A DNA stretch of 64,000 nucleotides from Lytechinus pictus (Eukaryota): NCBI RefSeq assembly GCF_037042905.1, contig NC_087250.1, positions 16,432,001 to 16,496,000 on the forward strand, written 5' to 3'. The stretch's first letter is position 1. The number at the start of each line of letters is the position of its first letter. The translations under genes were made by a program, and so were the position numbers. The notes below the pieces were generated by a model that did no database searches, was not told the origin of the DNA, and worked only from the letters and a program-made list of their open reading frames with translations. This document shows, in pieces, positions 10,770-25,200 of this stretch.

Positions 10770-13500
10770 CGTTTGAAAAGTGATATTTTAGAGGTGTTGG
10801 ACTCGGGAGGAGGCGTCAGGTCCACCCCCTCCCCCCATTTAGCAAACGTATACAAAAACGCGAAGTCCATAATTTTTTTTCTTTTTGGGGGTCGGATCAC
10901 TCCCTCCCACATTCAGCTCAACCCCTCCATTATCAAAAAAGCTCAGCGGCCCCTGTTATTTATACATCTTGTTCAAATATTTTGGTGTTGATGCTCACCA
11001 CGGTTAGCGCCCCAAAGGTATGTTTGCCGTAAAGAAAAATATAAGGTCAACCTGTCTTGTTTTTCTTTATATGGATCCTTTTCTACTACGCTATTCGCCA
11101 GAAAAAGAAAAGGCAAAAAAGAAGAAAGAAACTGGCGAAAAAGTAGGAAAATTGATAACACTTTTTTAGGGGTAGGTGTAAGATTGAGAGGGGTTTGTCG
11201 GGACACGCCAAACAAACGTGTTTTTAGGTGGATGCCTCACCGTAAATTCTCATTCTATTTCCGAAATTTCCGGCGAGTAAACTTTCAGTTCATTATTGGT
11301 TATGGCATTTGAACTGATTATGCTTTTGTCGAATTTTCAGTGCAAATAATTCACCTGGCAGAGAATGAGAGAATGGGATTAAGAGCTTCCAAAACCTAAC
11401 ATGGCAAATTCATTCTATAAAATGACGTGAATTACAAATTGAGGTGGGGGACTAGTAATCTTTAATTCTTTACAAGTAAATATTCATGCAATAGCAAAAG
11501 CGCACATAATGGTTTACATTATGCCTTTTTGGTCTATTTCCTCTTTCCCCCCTCTCATCCTTTCTGTCGTTTTACATGTATCTCGATTTGCATTTTCTAT
11601 TCTTTTTCTGAATCTCACTTGCATCTTCTTCCATCCCTATATGCATATCATCACCCAGGGAATTGTATTTTTTAATAAAGCACTGTCATGCTCAAGAAGA
11701 AAACGTTCTTGCCTTTTCATAAGCGCGTGCATGTTTTGTTAATTAATTAGCAGACATTTACATTTTTTAATGTTACTGTCGTAATATGAAAAACAGTATT
11801 CCTAAGAGTTTTTTGTACTGCTAAATACGAAAAGTATTCAGTAGGTCATCCTGACGAAATCACTAATCTTTATTTTATTCAGGGCGTTGGCTATTTGTGC
11901 CCTGCTCTTTTTATAAGGGATTTATTGGAGCGTCCGCCATGACTTTCTTTTGTTTGGGGAGTGCGAAGATCAAGAACTACAAGGACGTTTTTATTTTCAA
12001 AAGAGCAGAGGATAAACGGTGTTCTAAATTACTTTATTTTCTGTTTATTTCCTTTGAAATAGAAGACAAAAATAAAAGCAATAAGATGAGAGAAAGCGGG
12101 AAGAGGGGTCAAAAGTGCACCAGAGGCCTGTTTTATATGAAATATGTTTACACATTTTCAAGAACACTTGAAAGCTACTGAAATCATTCGCTTTGTTTTA
12201 TTTTTTATTTGTCTCCTTGATTTCACTACCGAAAACACATGCAGTAATCATGGTAATAAATAATTTATTAAAACAATTCATACTAGTTAGAATTCATTTT
12301 TGTCTTTATCGTTTTAATCGTTCAATCTAATAGTACAGAGGCGGTGGAGTTGGTAGGAAGTTTCAGTCCTCACCCCCTTCAACAATTAAACATTTAAACA
12401 TGTAAAAAAAAATCCGAAGTCTATATAAATTTGTACTTTTTCTTTTGGCCGGTCCACTCCCTCCCACTATCAGCTCGACCCCCACCCCCATTATAAAAAA
12501 CGCTCAGCGGCCCCTGTTTTTATTCAAGAAATCAGATATTTTGGTTTTGATGCTAACCAGGGTAAGCGACCCAAATGTTTGTTTGCAGTAACGGGAACAA
12601 AAACGGGTGGGTCGGGTTTTTTCTATATAGATCTTTTCTATCACGCTATTCGCCGGAAAAAAAATGAAATTGGCGATAAAACAGAAAATAGGAGAGAGGA
12701 GACAAACAAGCAATATTAGAGTGTAGGTCAGAAAATTTCCATCGGGGGGGGGGGGGGTAGGTCAAACAAGAATAATAATTAAAAAACTCATCAGTTTGAC
12801 AAGGGTCTGACGACCGAGTTGCGACAAACAAATGTTGTGGGATTTTTTAAGTAATCTATAACCAAAAAATTAACTAATGTTGTTATTCGTTTAAGTGGAT
12901 ATTCATGGATTTTAGCAAAGCGCATTTGTCTATTACCCCCCTTTATCTCTGTCTCTCATTTTCTCTCGTTCTCCGAGACATCTGAACATTTTTTTTCTAT
13001 AATTTCCCTAAATGGTTCTTCTTTCATCCTTATATGCATCACCCAGGGGAAGCGCTTTTATGCAATATGAATCACTGACGGATGCCATAAGCACCCACGT
13101 GTAGTGGATAAATGAGACAAAGTTTGTTGTTTTTAGTTCCGGTATGTTGGTCGAAATAAAAAGAAAAAAATATTCATAAAAGCTTTTTGTATTGCTAAGT
13201 ACGAAAAGCATTCAAAAGTCATCCTCTTGATAAACACTAATCTTCCTTTTGTTCGGGGCGTTGGCCATCTGTATCCTGCTCTTTTCGGAAGGAATTTGTT
13301 TGAGTGGCCGCCCTGACATTCTTTTGTTCGGCTAGTGCGGATATATCATGAAATACATGGACGTTTCTATTTTGAAAAGAGCATAAAATGAATGGTGTGC
13401 TAAATTGCTTTCTTTTCTCCTTTTTTCAGAATAGTAGACAAAAATAATGAGAAGAAGAGGGATAAAAATTATGGGGGGGGGGGGTTTAAAAGTGCACCGA
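10770..13500. repeat. Old diverged tandem duplication (~10770-12130 and ~12330-13500)
   Basis: Collinear shared blocks: cactccctcccac, gctcagcggcccctgtt, acgctattcgcc, atcacccaggg, cactaatctt, aaaagtgcacc. Confidence 0.7.
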
Positions 13501-14015
13501 GATCAGCTCTAAGTACTAAGGCATTACTCTCGTACAAGCTTTTTGGTTTTTCTGAAAATACAATCGATCGATAAAACTAAAGAGATATCATTCTAGCGTG
13601 AAATCTCCTTGATGAAACAAATAATAAGACGAAAATAACGAATAAACGCGTAGCTTTTTACGTCACGATCTTGCAGAAAAGATTTTAGTATACGATATGG
13701 ATCAAATCACGTGATAAGAACGAATCACGTGATCAGGCCTCGTGTGCGCGCGCGTACGTGCTCGTCACAAAATTTATTCTTCCCCGTCTGACTCAAATGA
13801 AAAAATCGGGTAAAGTTGAAATGATTTCCTATTTTCGGGATTTTTTCCCACGTAGCTGTATATTTTGTTCATTCTGTTATCGAAATAGGTTTATAAAGGA
13901 AATAGTGGCAGCGGTTTTAGTACATAACAATTACGAAAGAGCTGAAAACTTCTTCGAATCAAACCATACAAATCTCGGCTTCTGTATATAGAAGCCCGTC
14001 GTAGCTAAGTGAATG

Positions 14016-14099
14016 ACTCGCTGGGCTTCTGTGGAAGCCCGTCGCACGCAAAGGGTTAACCCTTTGCGTGCGACGGGCTTCCACAGAAGCCCAGCGAGT
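14016..14099. repeat. Perfect 84-bp palindrome centred on TTAA (two piggyBac-like ends head to head)
   Basis: ...gcacgcaaaggg TTAA ccctttgcgtgc...; TTAA at 14056-14059. Confidence 0.85.
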
Positions 14100-17000
14100 A
14101 GTAGCTCAAAGTGATATTCCCGACTACATTAGTTTAATGCATTTAAATATAAGAAGTTTACCAAAAAACTTTGATACTTTCTGCGAATTTTTATCCACAT
14201 TAAACACATTTCCATTTTCTATTATTGGTCTCACAGGGACATGGTTGCATTCAATGTCTCCTCCAATTTACAACATTGATAATTACAACTTCCTCCATAC
14301 AGATCGAAAAGTTGGCAAGGGAGGAGGTGTCGCTCTCTATGTACATAAAGATCTTAATTACAAAGTAAGACATGATATTGAACTTCAAAATATAGAATCC
14401 TTATTCATTGAAATTTCTAACGCTAAAAATAAGAATAAAATAATCGGTGTAATCTATAGACCCCCAACCAATAATGCTGATATATTTTCAAATGAATTGG
14501 AGTCTAGTCTCGAATCAGTTTCCCGAGAAAACAAAAAATCTATATCATGGGCGACTTTAACATTGATTTGTCCTTTCCCTATACTACAATAGGTCAACAT
14601 TTTACTAATTTATTATCATCATTTGGATTACAACATCTCGTTAATAAACCAACTAGAATTTCTAACATATCAAATACAATACTTGATAATATTTTGTCTA
14701 ATGCACTTGATAAAAATGATAATGGAATAATATACTATGATATTTCAGACCATCTGCCTATTTTTGCAATGTATTCAAATGATAAACGCCCTCACCAACC
14801 TAGGGACAAATAAAACATAACCAGACGAAAAGAAACCCAACGTAATATAGAATCCCTGAAGGTAGATTTGGCTGAAGAAGATTGGCATGATATTTACCTA
14901 GAACAAAATGCAAATGACTCTTATGTAATATTCTTAAATAAACTTCTTTATTATTATGATAAAAACGTCCCATTACTAAGAGTTAAATCGAGCAAAAGGA
15001 AGAACAAACAACCGTGGGTTACACAAGGTATAATTAAATCCATATTTACTCGGAATAGACTTTATAAAATATCCATTAAATCGCCTACAATTCAAAACAT
15101 AAATAAATATAAAAAAATCCGCAACAAATTAACTTCAGTTATCCGCCTAGCTCCCAAATCTTACTTTTCTGATAAAATTGAAAATAACAAAGATAATAAA
15201 AATTTTTATTATGGAAATCTGTAAATGAGATATTAGGTAAGAAAAAAGAAAGCTATGATAACATTAATTTCGTAGAAAATGGTCAACACTTGCGAAACCC
15301 AAGTGATGTTGCTAATGCCTTTAATAACTTCTTCAATAATATCGGTCCAAATTTAGCTTCAAAAATAGTATCTAATGATAATGACTTTTCTGAGTACTTA
15401 AACGACTTTCCGGAAAATTCTTTATTTTTTAATCCGACTAATACTAAAATTGTTAGGTCTTTGAAACCGACTAAATCTTCAGGGCATGATGGAATAAGTG
15501 TCTTTTTATTAAAACAAATAATTCACTTTATAGCTTCACCGCTCATGCATATTTTTAACCTTTCTCTGTATCATGGCATAGTTCCCGATCCACTTAAGAT
15601 TGCAAAAATAATACCAATATATAAGAAAGATGATCCATGTCATACTTCCAACTACCGACCAATATCTTTATTACCGAGTATCTCTAAAATTCTTGAAAAA
15701 GTAGTTTACAAGCGATTGTATTCCTTTTTTAACAATAATAATATATTAATTCCAAATCAATATGGTTTTAGAGAGAATCATTCAACCGATCATGCTATTT
15801 TACAATTATTCGACAAAATATCTGATTCTCTCTCTAAAAAAGAACACACTGTTGGGATTTTTATGGATCTATCGAAAGCATTCGAAACAATTGATCACCG
15901 CATTTTACTTTGTAAATTAAAGAGATATGGAATCAGGGGGGTGGTTTTCACTTGGTTCAAAGATTACTTAAGTAATCGACGCCATTATGTTTCTTTCAAA
16001 TAAAAAACATCCAATATTTGTACAATGAAATGTGGAGTACCACAAGGATCGATTTTAGGTCCCTTGCTATTTTTGGTTTATATGAATGATATTGCAAAAG
16101 CATCTCGAGAATTAACATACGTTTTATTTGCAGACGATACAAATGTCTTCTATTCCCACAAAGACTTAAATATACTCGTCCCGACACTTAATTTTGAATT
16201 AAAGAAATTATCAAAATGGTTTAAAGCTAATAAACTCTCCCTAAATATAAGCAAAACTAATTTTATGTATTTTAAACACATTCAAACTAAACATATGTTC
16301 CTTAATATATACATAGATGACATACATATCATTGAAAAACAAGAAACCAAATTTTTAGGTGTATTGATTGACACAAATTTAACGTGGAACAGTCACATTC
16401 ACAATATTTGCATGATGGCATCCAGAGGAATAGGAATTTTGTTTAGATTAAAATATCATCTCTCCAAAAAAATCATTATTTATGCTTTATAATTCGTTCG
16501 TTTTATCCCACTTATCTTACTGCAACTTAGTATGGGGGTATAGTAGTAAGGTAAAAATAGAAACGATTTTCCGTCTCCAAAAGAAAGCACTCCGCATATG
16601 TACTCATTCACATTTCATTGCACATACTGATCCAATATTTCACAACTTAAAGACATTGAAAATTGAAGATATTAACATTTATCAAACGGCCATATTTATG
16701 TTTAAATTTTCATCCAATATTATCCCGATTCCATTTCGCAATTTTTTTGTTTACAACAAAGACATTCACAAATATCCAACACGACCTTCAACAGATCTTC
16801 ACTTAACCAACCCAAGAATATTACTCGCTCATAAGACAATACGCCACCATGGCCCAGATATTTGGAATGCATTGCCACATGATATTAAACAATGTACATC
16901 TCTCTATTCGTTTAAAGCTTCGTTGAAAAAAATTCTTATTTTTAAGTATACCTAATTTGATTCACCTGCACTCACCCACATGCACACACTTGCACTTCTT

Positions 17001-17305
17001 TTTACCATTTTTTCTACCAATATATATATATATTTTAATCTTATATTTCGTGACGATCAATTTATCAAATATGATTTATGATGGTTTTCATGTAGCCCCT
17101 CTCCTGGCTGCTATTGCTTCAAGCACCTCTGTGCTTATAATAGCTGGCCCCTGTATTTTACCGAACTATATCACATGCTTAGGTATGATTTAATTATCAG
17201 TCTTTTCTGTATTCTTTACAATGTATCTCTTAAATTTGTCACATTTAAATTGTATTCATTCAATTATGTGAACATGTTAATTTATCATTGATTTATGAAT
17301 AAAAT
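14100..17305 (+). mobile_element. 5'-truncated, frameshifted CR1/L2-group LINE ORF2 (APE endonuclease + reverse transcriptase)
   Basis: HLNIRS, IYRPP, GDFN, SDHLP, NYRPISLL, QYGFR, GVPQGSILGP, FADDT over successive ORFs; AATAAA at ~17298. Confidence 0.93.
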
Positions 17306-17329
17306 GCAGAAACTCCTGCAAAAAAAATC

Positions 17330-17499
17330 GTACCAGAAAAAAATTGACAAGCAAAAAAAAGGTCTTCAAGCTCGTCGGGGGGGGGGGGGGGGTAAAGGTC
17401 TTCAAGCTCGTCAGGGGGGGGGGGCAGGGATACGTCCTTTGTATGGGTTGTGGCTCGTCAGGGGGTCAGACTGCTCCCCCCCCCGCAGGTACGCTAGTG
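17330..17499. mobile_element. Terminal fragment of a hAT-like MITE (related pieces at ~3641-3703 and 27099-27290)
   Basis: Ends ggtacgctagtg; inverse cactagcgtacc at ~3641; caagctcgtca repeats shared with 27099-27290. Confidence 0.55.
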
Positions 17500-17631
17500 G
17501 AAAGGTCACGCTGTATGATCTTATCTTTGTATTATTATTGTTAAATATGAGCAAGGAAATTCCACAAAGGATCACTGAAATATAGCATGTAACCCTTTAT
17601 GTTGCAGTCATATATCCCTATGGTGTCCGCA

Positions 17632-18919
17632 CAGTGAGTCGAAAAGAGTTGTTTAACTGTTTTCTATCAAATATACCACAAGGGGAAGGTCGGACACTTC
17701 GGGGAATTTTGCCGTTTGAAACGCTCGATTTCGGTCATGGGTTCAGGACGCCCAAAAGACTTTTAAAGTAAACCTTCGCACATCGGCACGCTGATGTGTA
17801 TATAACATTTGGGGAAAATGAGAGGGTGGATTTCGGAAAGGGCACAAGGGCAACGCGTGTGGATAATTCCATATTTTTCTTTCCAAGAAACCTCTAAAAT
17901 ATATTCATCTCTAATTGAAGAGTTTCTTTGCAAAAGAGGTTAGATCTACTTTAGACCGTTAAGAGAAAATTACGGTTTTTTAAATTTTCCCATATTGCAA
18001 TTATTCTAATGCTTTACTACCATACGATGTGAACATAAAATTAGGTAAAAAAGAAACCGACCTGTCTTCGTATTTTTTCTCAAAAAATACCATTGACGAT
18101 CTAGCCCCTTTTGCAAACACTCGAAACTGGATCCAACCATAGGAATAACAGTTTTACTTTGGAATCACCAGAGCGACAAAATCTATTCATTGAGACAAAA
18201 AATAGATCTAACCCCTTTCGAAATGAGCTTTTTTTAGAAGAGTTTGTTGTCAAAAAGGGTTAGATCCACTTTAAATCATTCGAAGAAAATATATATATAT
18301 TTTTTTAATATTGCAATATTTTTATGCGAAATCAAATTGTCATGAAACCCTTACATGTGAACAAATTGGATATCAAAAAGAAATTTGCCTTTCTTCATAT
18401 TTTATCAAAATATTTCCCCCCAAAAAATCACCTTTGTGGATCTAGTCCCTTTGCCAAAAAACTGAAATCGATCCTACCCCCTTCGAAAATGTGATTTTCT
18501 TTGTCTTTTTTGTTAATTTTTATGGCAATTTTAGAATTTACTTTGAAAGCATCTTAATTAAAATGGTACCAAAAATCTATACATTGAGACAAAAATATCA
18601 AATTTGATTAAAAATTAATCTAACCCCTTTTGCAATGAGCTCTTTAATTATAAAAAAAATAACAAAAAAAATTGGCCATTCCTCCACCCCTCATCCATTT
18701 CCCTCAAATATTTTGCAGACAAGCATGGCGATACGCGAAGGCTGCCGAAGGTTCACCTACTGAACGCTGTGGGGCGCTCTTCCCGAGAGTTTCATTACGC
18801 GCTTTATGTTTTTGTCCATTCTTCTACTTGTCTGTGTATTTTGTTTCTATACGCACCCCATATAGGGAGCTGGTACAAAAAATATTTAAAAAACAAAATG
18901 AACTGTTTTCGACTCACCG
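17632..18919. mobile_element. Old palindromic Tc1-like MITE
   Basis: cagtgagtcgaaaagagtt vs aactgttttcgactcaccg+TA; internal diverged inverted blocks. Confidence 0.55.
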
Positions 18920-19439
18920 TACTGCCATCGTAAGCGAAATGTGACTGCGCAATCACATATGCTGCCGATTAATCATCGATTTATTGTTCAAAGTTCTTAG
19001 ATAACAGTTGAAATGAATTCATTTAATCCTCCCAGAAAGTAATACGGTATAACTCTGATCTTCCTTTATGCAGCGTAGACTCGGTATACCTTCTTAAACA
19101 AGGACTGGAGGTGGTTAGCTGTGACGATTCAGAAGCGATGCTTCGCTACGCAAGAAGTGAGAAGGAAAGACTTCGACTCGATGACTGGGGTACCGTATAT
19201 TCATGTTCTATTATCAAGAAAGTTCAAGCTTTAAGAAACAATGGCGTACAGATGGGAGCTTGAGGACTCGCAAATTAATTTAAATAAATTATTCCCAATG
19301 CACCATATCTGGCCCCTCTTTTGGGAATTTATTGTCAAGTATCTGCTCTAAGGGCAGGCATAACATTCTTGTATGCTTTATGGAACCCGTTACGTATTGA
19401 CATTAGGAACTGTACAAACCCTTTCTCTATCGGTTTATG

Positions 19440-19690
19440 GTCGCGTCGGGGTCTCGTGGTTCTGACTCTCAGCTTTCAAACATGTCAACCAGAGGGTGCA
19501 AGGTCAGAATCCGAGCCATGGCGTGTTTCCCTACAGAGGGAAATTTATCCACACTGCTCTGCACTCGACCGATGTGAGGTGAATGGGTACACTGCAAAGG
19601 AAGCTCAAGCTAAACCGGGGTATAACAACAATGTGCCTCGGAATTGATTGTTTCTAGATAGATGGCGCTATACAATACCTGTTATTAGTG
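19440..19690 (+). mobile_element. Degenerate tRNA-derived SINE
   Basis: Decayed pol III head then ctgcactcgaccgatgtgaggtgaatgggtac central domain and ggcgctatac...attagt tail, as in deuterostome SINEs. Confidence 0.55.
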
Positions 19691-20419
19691 CCTCTTTGAT
19701 ACCCTTGAATTAAATCTATAGCAAGTTTTATTCTTCTAAGGTATGTATTATCACGCAGTAGTCCAGCCTAGCTAGTCGTGTTTTTTTTTATACATAATTG
19801 TATTTAATATTTATTATGCTTATCATGTAGTAATTTCATTGTTGACATCTCATTTGATGTCGGGCCCCCACTAACATGCGCTACTTTTTAAAAGTCCTTG
19901 AACACCTTTTGTATATATATATATATATATATTTATATCCTACATAACTTTAATCCTGTATGCTGATTGGTTTAAATAGCATCATGTGATCTAACATATT
20001 CTCACTATTTTGCGATGATGTCGAAAATGAAACGCCCACCGAAGAAAAAGTGCTATTCCGTGACGTCAATGATGGAATAGTCGACTATTCCATCATTGAC
20101 GTCACAGATCATGATGGCGCAAGCACTAATACGCGTTCTGCGCACTGAGCGCGTAGCTAAGCGCTTTAGGAAAAGTAGGTCAGTCAGCGCAGCTGGTTTG
20201 ATTCAGATTTAAAAAAAGATGATCTAAGAGTACAAGAACTAGATTATCAAGATCTATTTCTATAACTTAGTAAAGTAGGATATAAAACAAATATACCAGG
20301 CCTTTATTTCGAAAGTATAGAGGGAATTAGCTTGCAGAGATGCACTGCAACTGCTTTCAGATCCTTTGTTTGGAGCTTTATATCTTCACTTTTCACACAT
20401 TCAAAAAAATATTTTAACG

Positions 20420-20990
20420 ATTATAAATCATGTCCCTCTTCCCTACCTTTTTTAAACCTCCCTTCTCATTCAACTATTCATCTCATCTCATTTTCTCTGA
20501 TTTCCCTCTTCTGTCCATCTCCCTTCTCCCTCTCACGTCCCTGCTCTTATCCTCCCTTTTCTCCATCCCTTTCTATTTCTTCCATTTCTACTTTCATGCC
20601 CCTCTCTCTCTTATTTCTCCCCTTTATATCATCTCGATCCCCCTCTTTATTATTTTTCCTTTTCTTTGTCTTCTTTCTCTCTGATTTTCCTCTTCTTTCT
20701 CATCTCTCTCTCTCTCTCTCTTACCTTCCCTTTCTATCTATCCCCTTATATCTCTCTTTTATTTCCCCATCTCCCTTATATAGAGCCCTCTTTTATCTCA
20801 CTCTCGTCTCGCCTTTCTCTCCTCACCTCTTTCTCATCCCTCGTCCCCCGTCATTTCCCCCTTTCTCTCCCCCTCTCTCTCTCTTTCCCTTTGATCTTCC
20901 TCTTCTTTCCATTTCTTCTCGTTGATCGTCTGTTTCTTTTTTCTCTCTCCATCTTTACCATTTTGCCTTTCTCATTTCAACTTTCTGTAT
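20420..20990. repeat. Polypyrimidine low-complexity tract
   Basis: Almost entirely C/T. Confidence 0.9.
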
Positions 20991-22104
20991 AAATTTTGAG
21001 TAAATATTTCCTTCCCTCCCTCTCATACTCTTCAATCACACATTCAGGGTGAAAAATTGAATAGAAGTTTGAGGACAAGAAAGTTGTTACTTTTAATGAG
21101 CCTTCAGAGTTGGACCTTCGTGTGCTCAGCCATGAAATATCTACTAAGTATATACAGTGTATACAAAAATGGGCACAATAGAATTTGAATTCTTAAGAAA
21201 TTTAATTTGGAAGAGCATGGATGTTGCTTATACATTTTACAAAAAGGAAGGAATGATGGATAAACAAAAAACAAGTCAACTCCTTACAAGTTTACTAATT
21301 AGAGCACAAATAAGAAAAGCATATAGCAATGTTAATTCCATTTAAAAAGTTCTGGCACTAAATTTCGCTTATTTTCACATACCAGTTTTATGCATATCCT
21401 GGTCAGTATGAAATATTCCACGATAAAATTAAACAAAAAGACCTCTACCTCTTGTCAAATATTTTCCGGGATCGTCCCGTATATTGCTCCTTTGTCCCGG
21501 CGTCCCGACAGACCCTTCCCAGGACACCTATCTGTCCCGTATATTGAACATAAATGTAGTTGATGCATTTAAAAGTGACGGATTTTCATCAAATAACCAT
21601 AACCAAACAGATGACGAAGCAGAGCAACAATAAATCGATAACTAAACTTTTGCAAGTTCTGCGGGTGATTTTTATCCTAACCCAATACATTGCAAACGAG
21701 CTAGCTTCCTGCCTGTGTGTGGTAGGATATGCACGTAGGATCGGAGCAGATTCTCATATGATAAACTGTTTTTCCACCAAAATAATCACAAAATCGGTTG
21801 GAAATTTTTATGATCATATTATATATTACCAGATTACTGATGTGATAGGAGGAACAATTTTTTTTAGTTTTCATAACTGGATCTACATGTAGTTGTTTTG
21901 TTAGCTTTCGTTTTGAGTCTTGTGTAGGATGCCGGCGCTGTTTCCTCTACATGTAGTTTGAAAATTGACAATGTTTCACTTTGAAATTTTATTCATTTCT
22001 AAACCACTTAGTTTTTCAAAATGTTAAAGATATATCTAAAAAACACCAAATATCATTATCATTTCTGTTAAATGATTGGATTGCTTTTGTTTGCTTGAAG
22101 TTTG

Positions 22105-22790
22105 AACTTTTTCCTCTTTCATTTTTATCCTTCATCCTTCTATCCTTCCTGCTAGCTTTTTTTGCTCCATCTATCTTTTAATATTTCCTACCTTTCTTTC
22201 CTGATCCTTTCTCTGTGTTAATTTTCTTTCCTTCTTTCTCTTATCTGCCCTTTTTATTTCCTTCGTTCTTTCTTTCCTTATACTTTTATTTACTTCCTTC
22301 TCCCTTCCTCACCTTTTTCTTTTCGTTTTTCTCTCCTTCCATTACTTTTTTTATTCTCTCCTCCCTCTAATCTTTCCTCCTCCCTCTAATCTTTCCTCCC
22401 TCTCTTTCATTCTTTCTTTCATTCTTTATTTTATTTTTTCCTTCTAATTCTTTCCCCTTATTCTTTCTTTCTTACCCTCTCTCCCTTCCTTCCTTAATTC
22501 CCCTTCCTGTTTTCTTCTTTCTTTGTTTCTTTCTTTCAAAGAATGAAAACATTTTTCTTTCCTTCATTTTTGTTTCCTCCTCCTTTTTCTTACTTTTTCT
22601 TTCTCACCTTTATTTTGTCTTTCACACATCTTCCCTTTCTTTATTTTTCTTTCTTTCTATATTCGATGAATTCAAAGAATGACCGAAACCCTTTTCCCTT
22701 TTATTCTTTCTTTCATCGTCCTTTTAATTATTCTAACTTTCTCTCATTTTCCCCCTTTATTCTTTCTTCTTTCTCATTTCATTTTCTTTT
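22105..22790. repeat. Polypyrimidine low-complexity tract
   Basis: Almost entirely C/T. Confidence 0.9.
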
Positions 22791-24989
22791 GTGAAATCTT
22801 GTCACCCTGATTTAAACCCTTTTTAAACTACATGAATTACCAGGTCCCAGTACATTGTGCATATAGAAATATGTTTGTACATGATTGGCTTAATGACATT
22901 AAAATACACTTTGTCACACTAAGTACATCAGTATTAATTTTATATTTATAGAGAAAACATATTGCATCTTGCACAGATGTCAATTGTCTTCTACGGCGCG
23001 TTCTCGAACAATTGACCTAGCAAAATGGCGGCGGTCACGTGACTTATCGAGTTCGCCGGCGATATTTTGCTTGGGTGAACACGACTTCCACGTATTTCTA
23101 GTTCAGTGGTCACAACCCATGCAAAGGATGTATCCCTGCCCCCCTGACGAGCTTGAAGTGAAGACGTTTTCTTTTCCTTTATTTTTTTACTGAAGACCTC
23201 TCTCGGAAAGATATAAAAACCTACTAGACTCTATCAGAAATCGTTGACGTGTAATAATTCTTCCCTGCCAAACTTATTCGTGGCGGGTTCGACAGGGCTC
23301 AACATTCATACATCTTTTTTTCAAATATAGGGGAGCCATATCATGTGTTACATTTGAATGAGCATGATAATAATAATACATAACATTTATAAGGCGCTTG
23401 CTACTGGTGTAGTTAAATTTCAACGAAATTATTGAAATTATCAGTAGAGGTCCGTGGCGGCCTGTATTGATTTAGACGGGGGTAAGTATACATTATTTTG
23501 CTCGACGTGAACGGAGTGATGTTTAAATTTGGGTAACTTAAAAAGGTTGGGTAAAAAACGTCAAATGTTTAACCATACTGTCTACACAACTAGTTAAAAT
23601 TTGTCCCGCATGGTAACAAAAGCTACTAATTGGGTCATAAGTTTGCTTAATTGCCAATAATATATATAAAAAGAGGTGTTTGGTCCGCACTATGCTAATT
23701 AACTATGGAAGAATCCTCTAGTCATGAATATCACTTGGATAAAAGAAGCTACTTTTTGAGGGCTTGCCGACTGATTGGATATAAAACTATCAAACATGTT
23801 TTAAGTAAATAAACATCAAGGCATTTTTTCCAAATGACACTTGGTCAAAAGCATGAATAATCTCACCTCTTTATTATGTTTAAACTCTTCAAAGAGCGTT
23901 AGCATTTACATTAACCTTTCCTATTATGTTCAATTTTAAAGGAAAATCGTTAGAGGATTGGGCTCCATCCGTACAGTCGTTGATTCTTTGCTTTGAAATT
24001 CTCCAAAAACACAAGAGGATTATGGTTCGTGTAGACTGCAATCTCTTCATTGGTATGCTACACCTCAAACTGCTGAAGGACAACGGCGAGACTCGGGGCC
24101 ACTTTTCCGATTGTTAATTGAAAGGTATATACTGTATATATATATATATATAAAAGGTATATATATATATATGTATATCACTGTAATGATATATGTATAT
24201 GCATATATATATATATATATAATATCACTGTAATAAATAAATTATGAATCAGTGAATATAAGTAGAATTTATAATTTGTAATTATTTTTCGTTTTTTAAG
24301 TACTTTTAACTTGTCTTTTAATTTAATTTTTTTGAGTTCAATATACATTTAAGAAAATTCACGTATTGCTAGCTTGCTTAGATTGAGTAAATCTAACTCA
24401 ATTAGGCAAAGATGATTATTACTTATAAAATTCTTGTTGAATGTACTTATATTTTTCAATTAACACCTTATTTAAATAATGCATGAATATTCATTAGACA
24501 TGTTAGAGCAAGTAAATGTTTTTTTTAATAAGTGTAATATCTAATTGTGTTTGAATTTTTTTCAGATAAGGGTGTGCTTACTATTTTATTCTTTTGTTGA
24601 ATCAAAGAAAGGGAAACATTAAATAGTCATTTAGCAGAAAATTTCAGATGTCTTTTTAGGTTTTCGGAAAATGCTTATATTATTCTCACTGTTTTATTTG
24701 TAAGAATGAAACGATCGCGTATAAATATCAACGTAAGTACCTATATATGTAACATATAAGTGAAAATGCACAAAGTCTAATATTTGGATAAAAGATGTCT
24801 AAGATGAAAATGATGACATTAAAAGTGGAACGATGAGGGAGCGGACATTCGAATAACGAGAGTCCTTGTTAGTTCAGGCAATGGTTTTCAATATTTTACA
24901 CACGTGCAAGCTGCCTTTAAATCGCACGCATTCTGCACCCGTATCTGTGTAAGGGCAACATAGGCAAATACTATCCTTGCAAAATCGGA

Positions 24990-25200
24990 ATGGCGACTCC
25001 TGCATGGACAACAATCTGTCATAATTTTGTTCACTACAAACGATGTTACGACGTTTTTGAAAAAAGGTCAGGCAAGGTCGATCTGTACAACAACTGGGCA
25101 AAAGAGGAATTTTCTAAAGTTGCTGAAGATATTTGTGGCGGGAAAAGGAATCCAGGCATTCGGAACCCGATTTGTACTTTGGGAATGGGCAGCGGGACGG
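24990..25200 (+). CDS. HNMT-like: Histamine N-methyltransferase-like protein, coding exon 1
   Basis: ATG at 24990; ends ...LGMGSGT-G at donor G|gtaag (phase 1). Confidence 0.85.

Noticed and set aside
17630..17636. Second CACAGTG heptamer suggesting another Transib element
   Set aside because: The partner end reads caccg+TA with no 5-bp TSD; it fits a decayed Tc1-like MITE better.
20332..20992. 197-aa and overlapping Ser/Leu/Phe/Pro-rich ORFs
   Set aside because: Stop-free by composition in a pyrimidine tract.
24720..24740. TATAAATA and a nearby gtaagt as core promoter or UTR exon of the methyltransferase gene
   Set aside because: Such motifs are common in AT-rich DNA and cannot be supported without transcript data.
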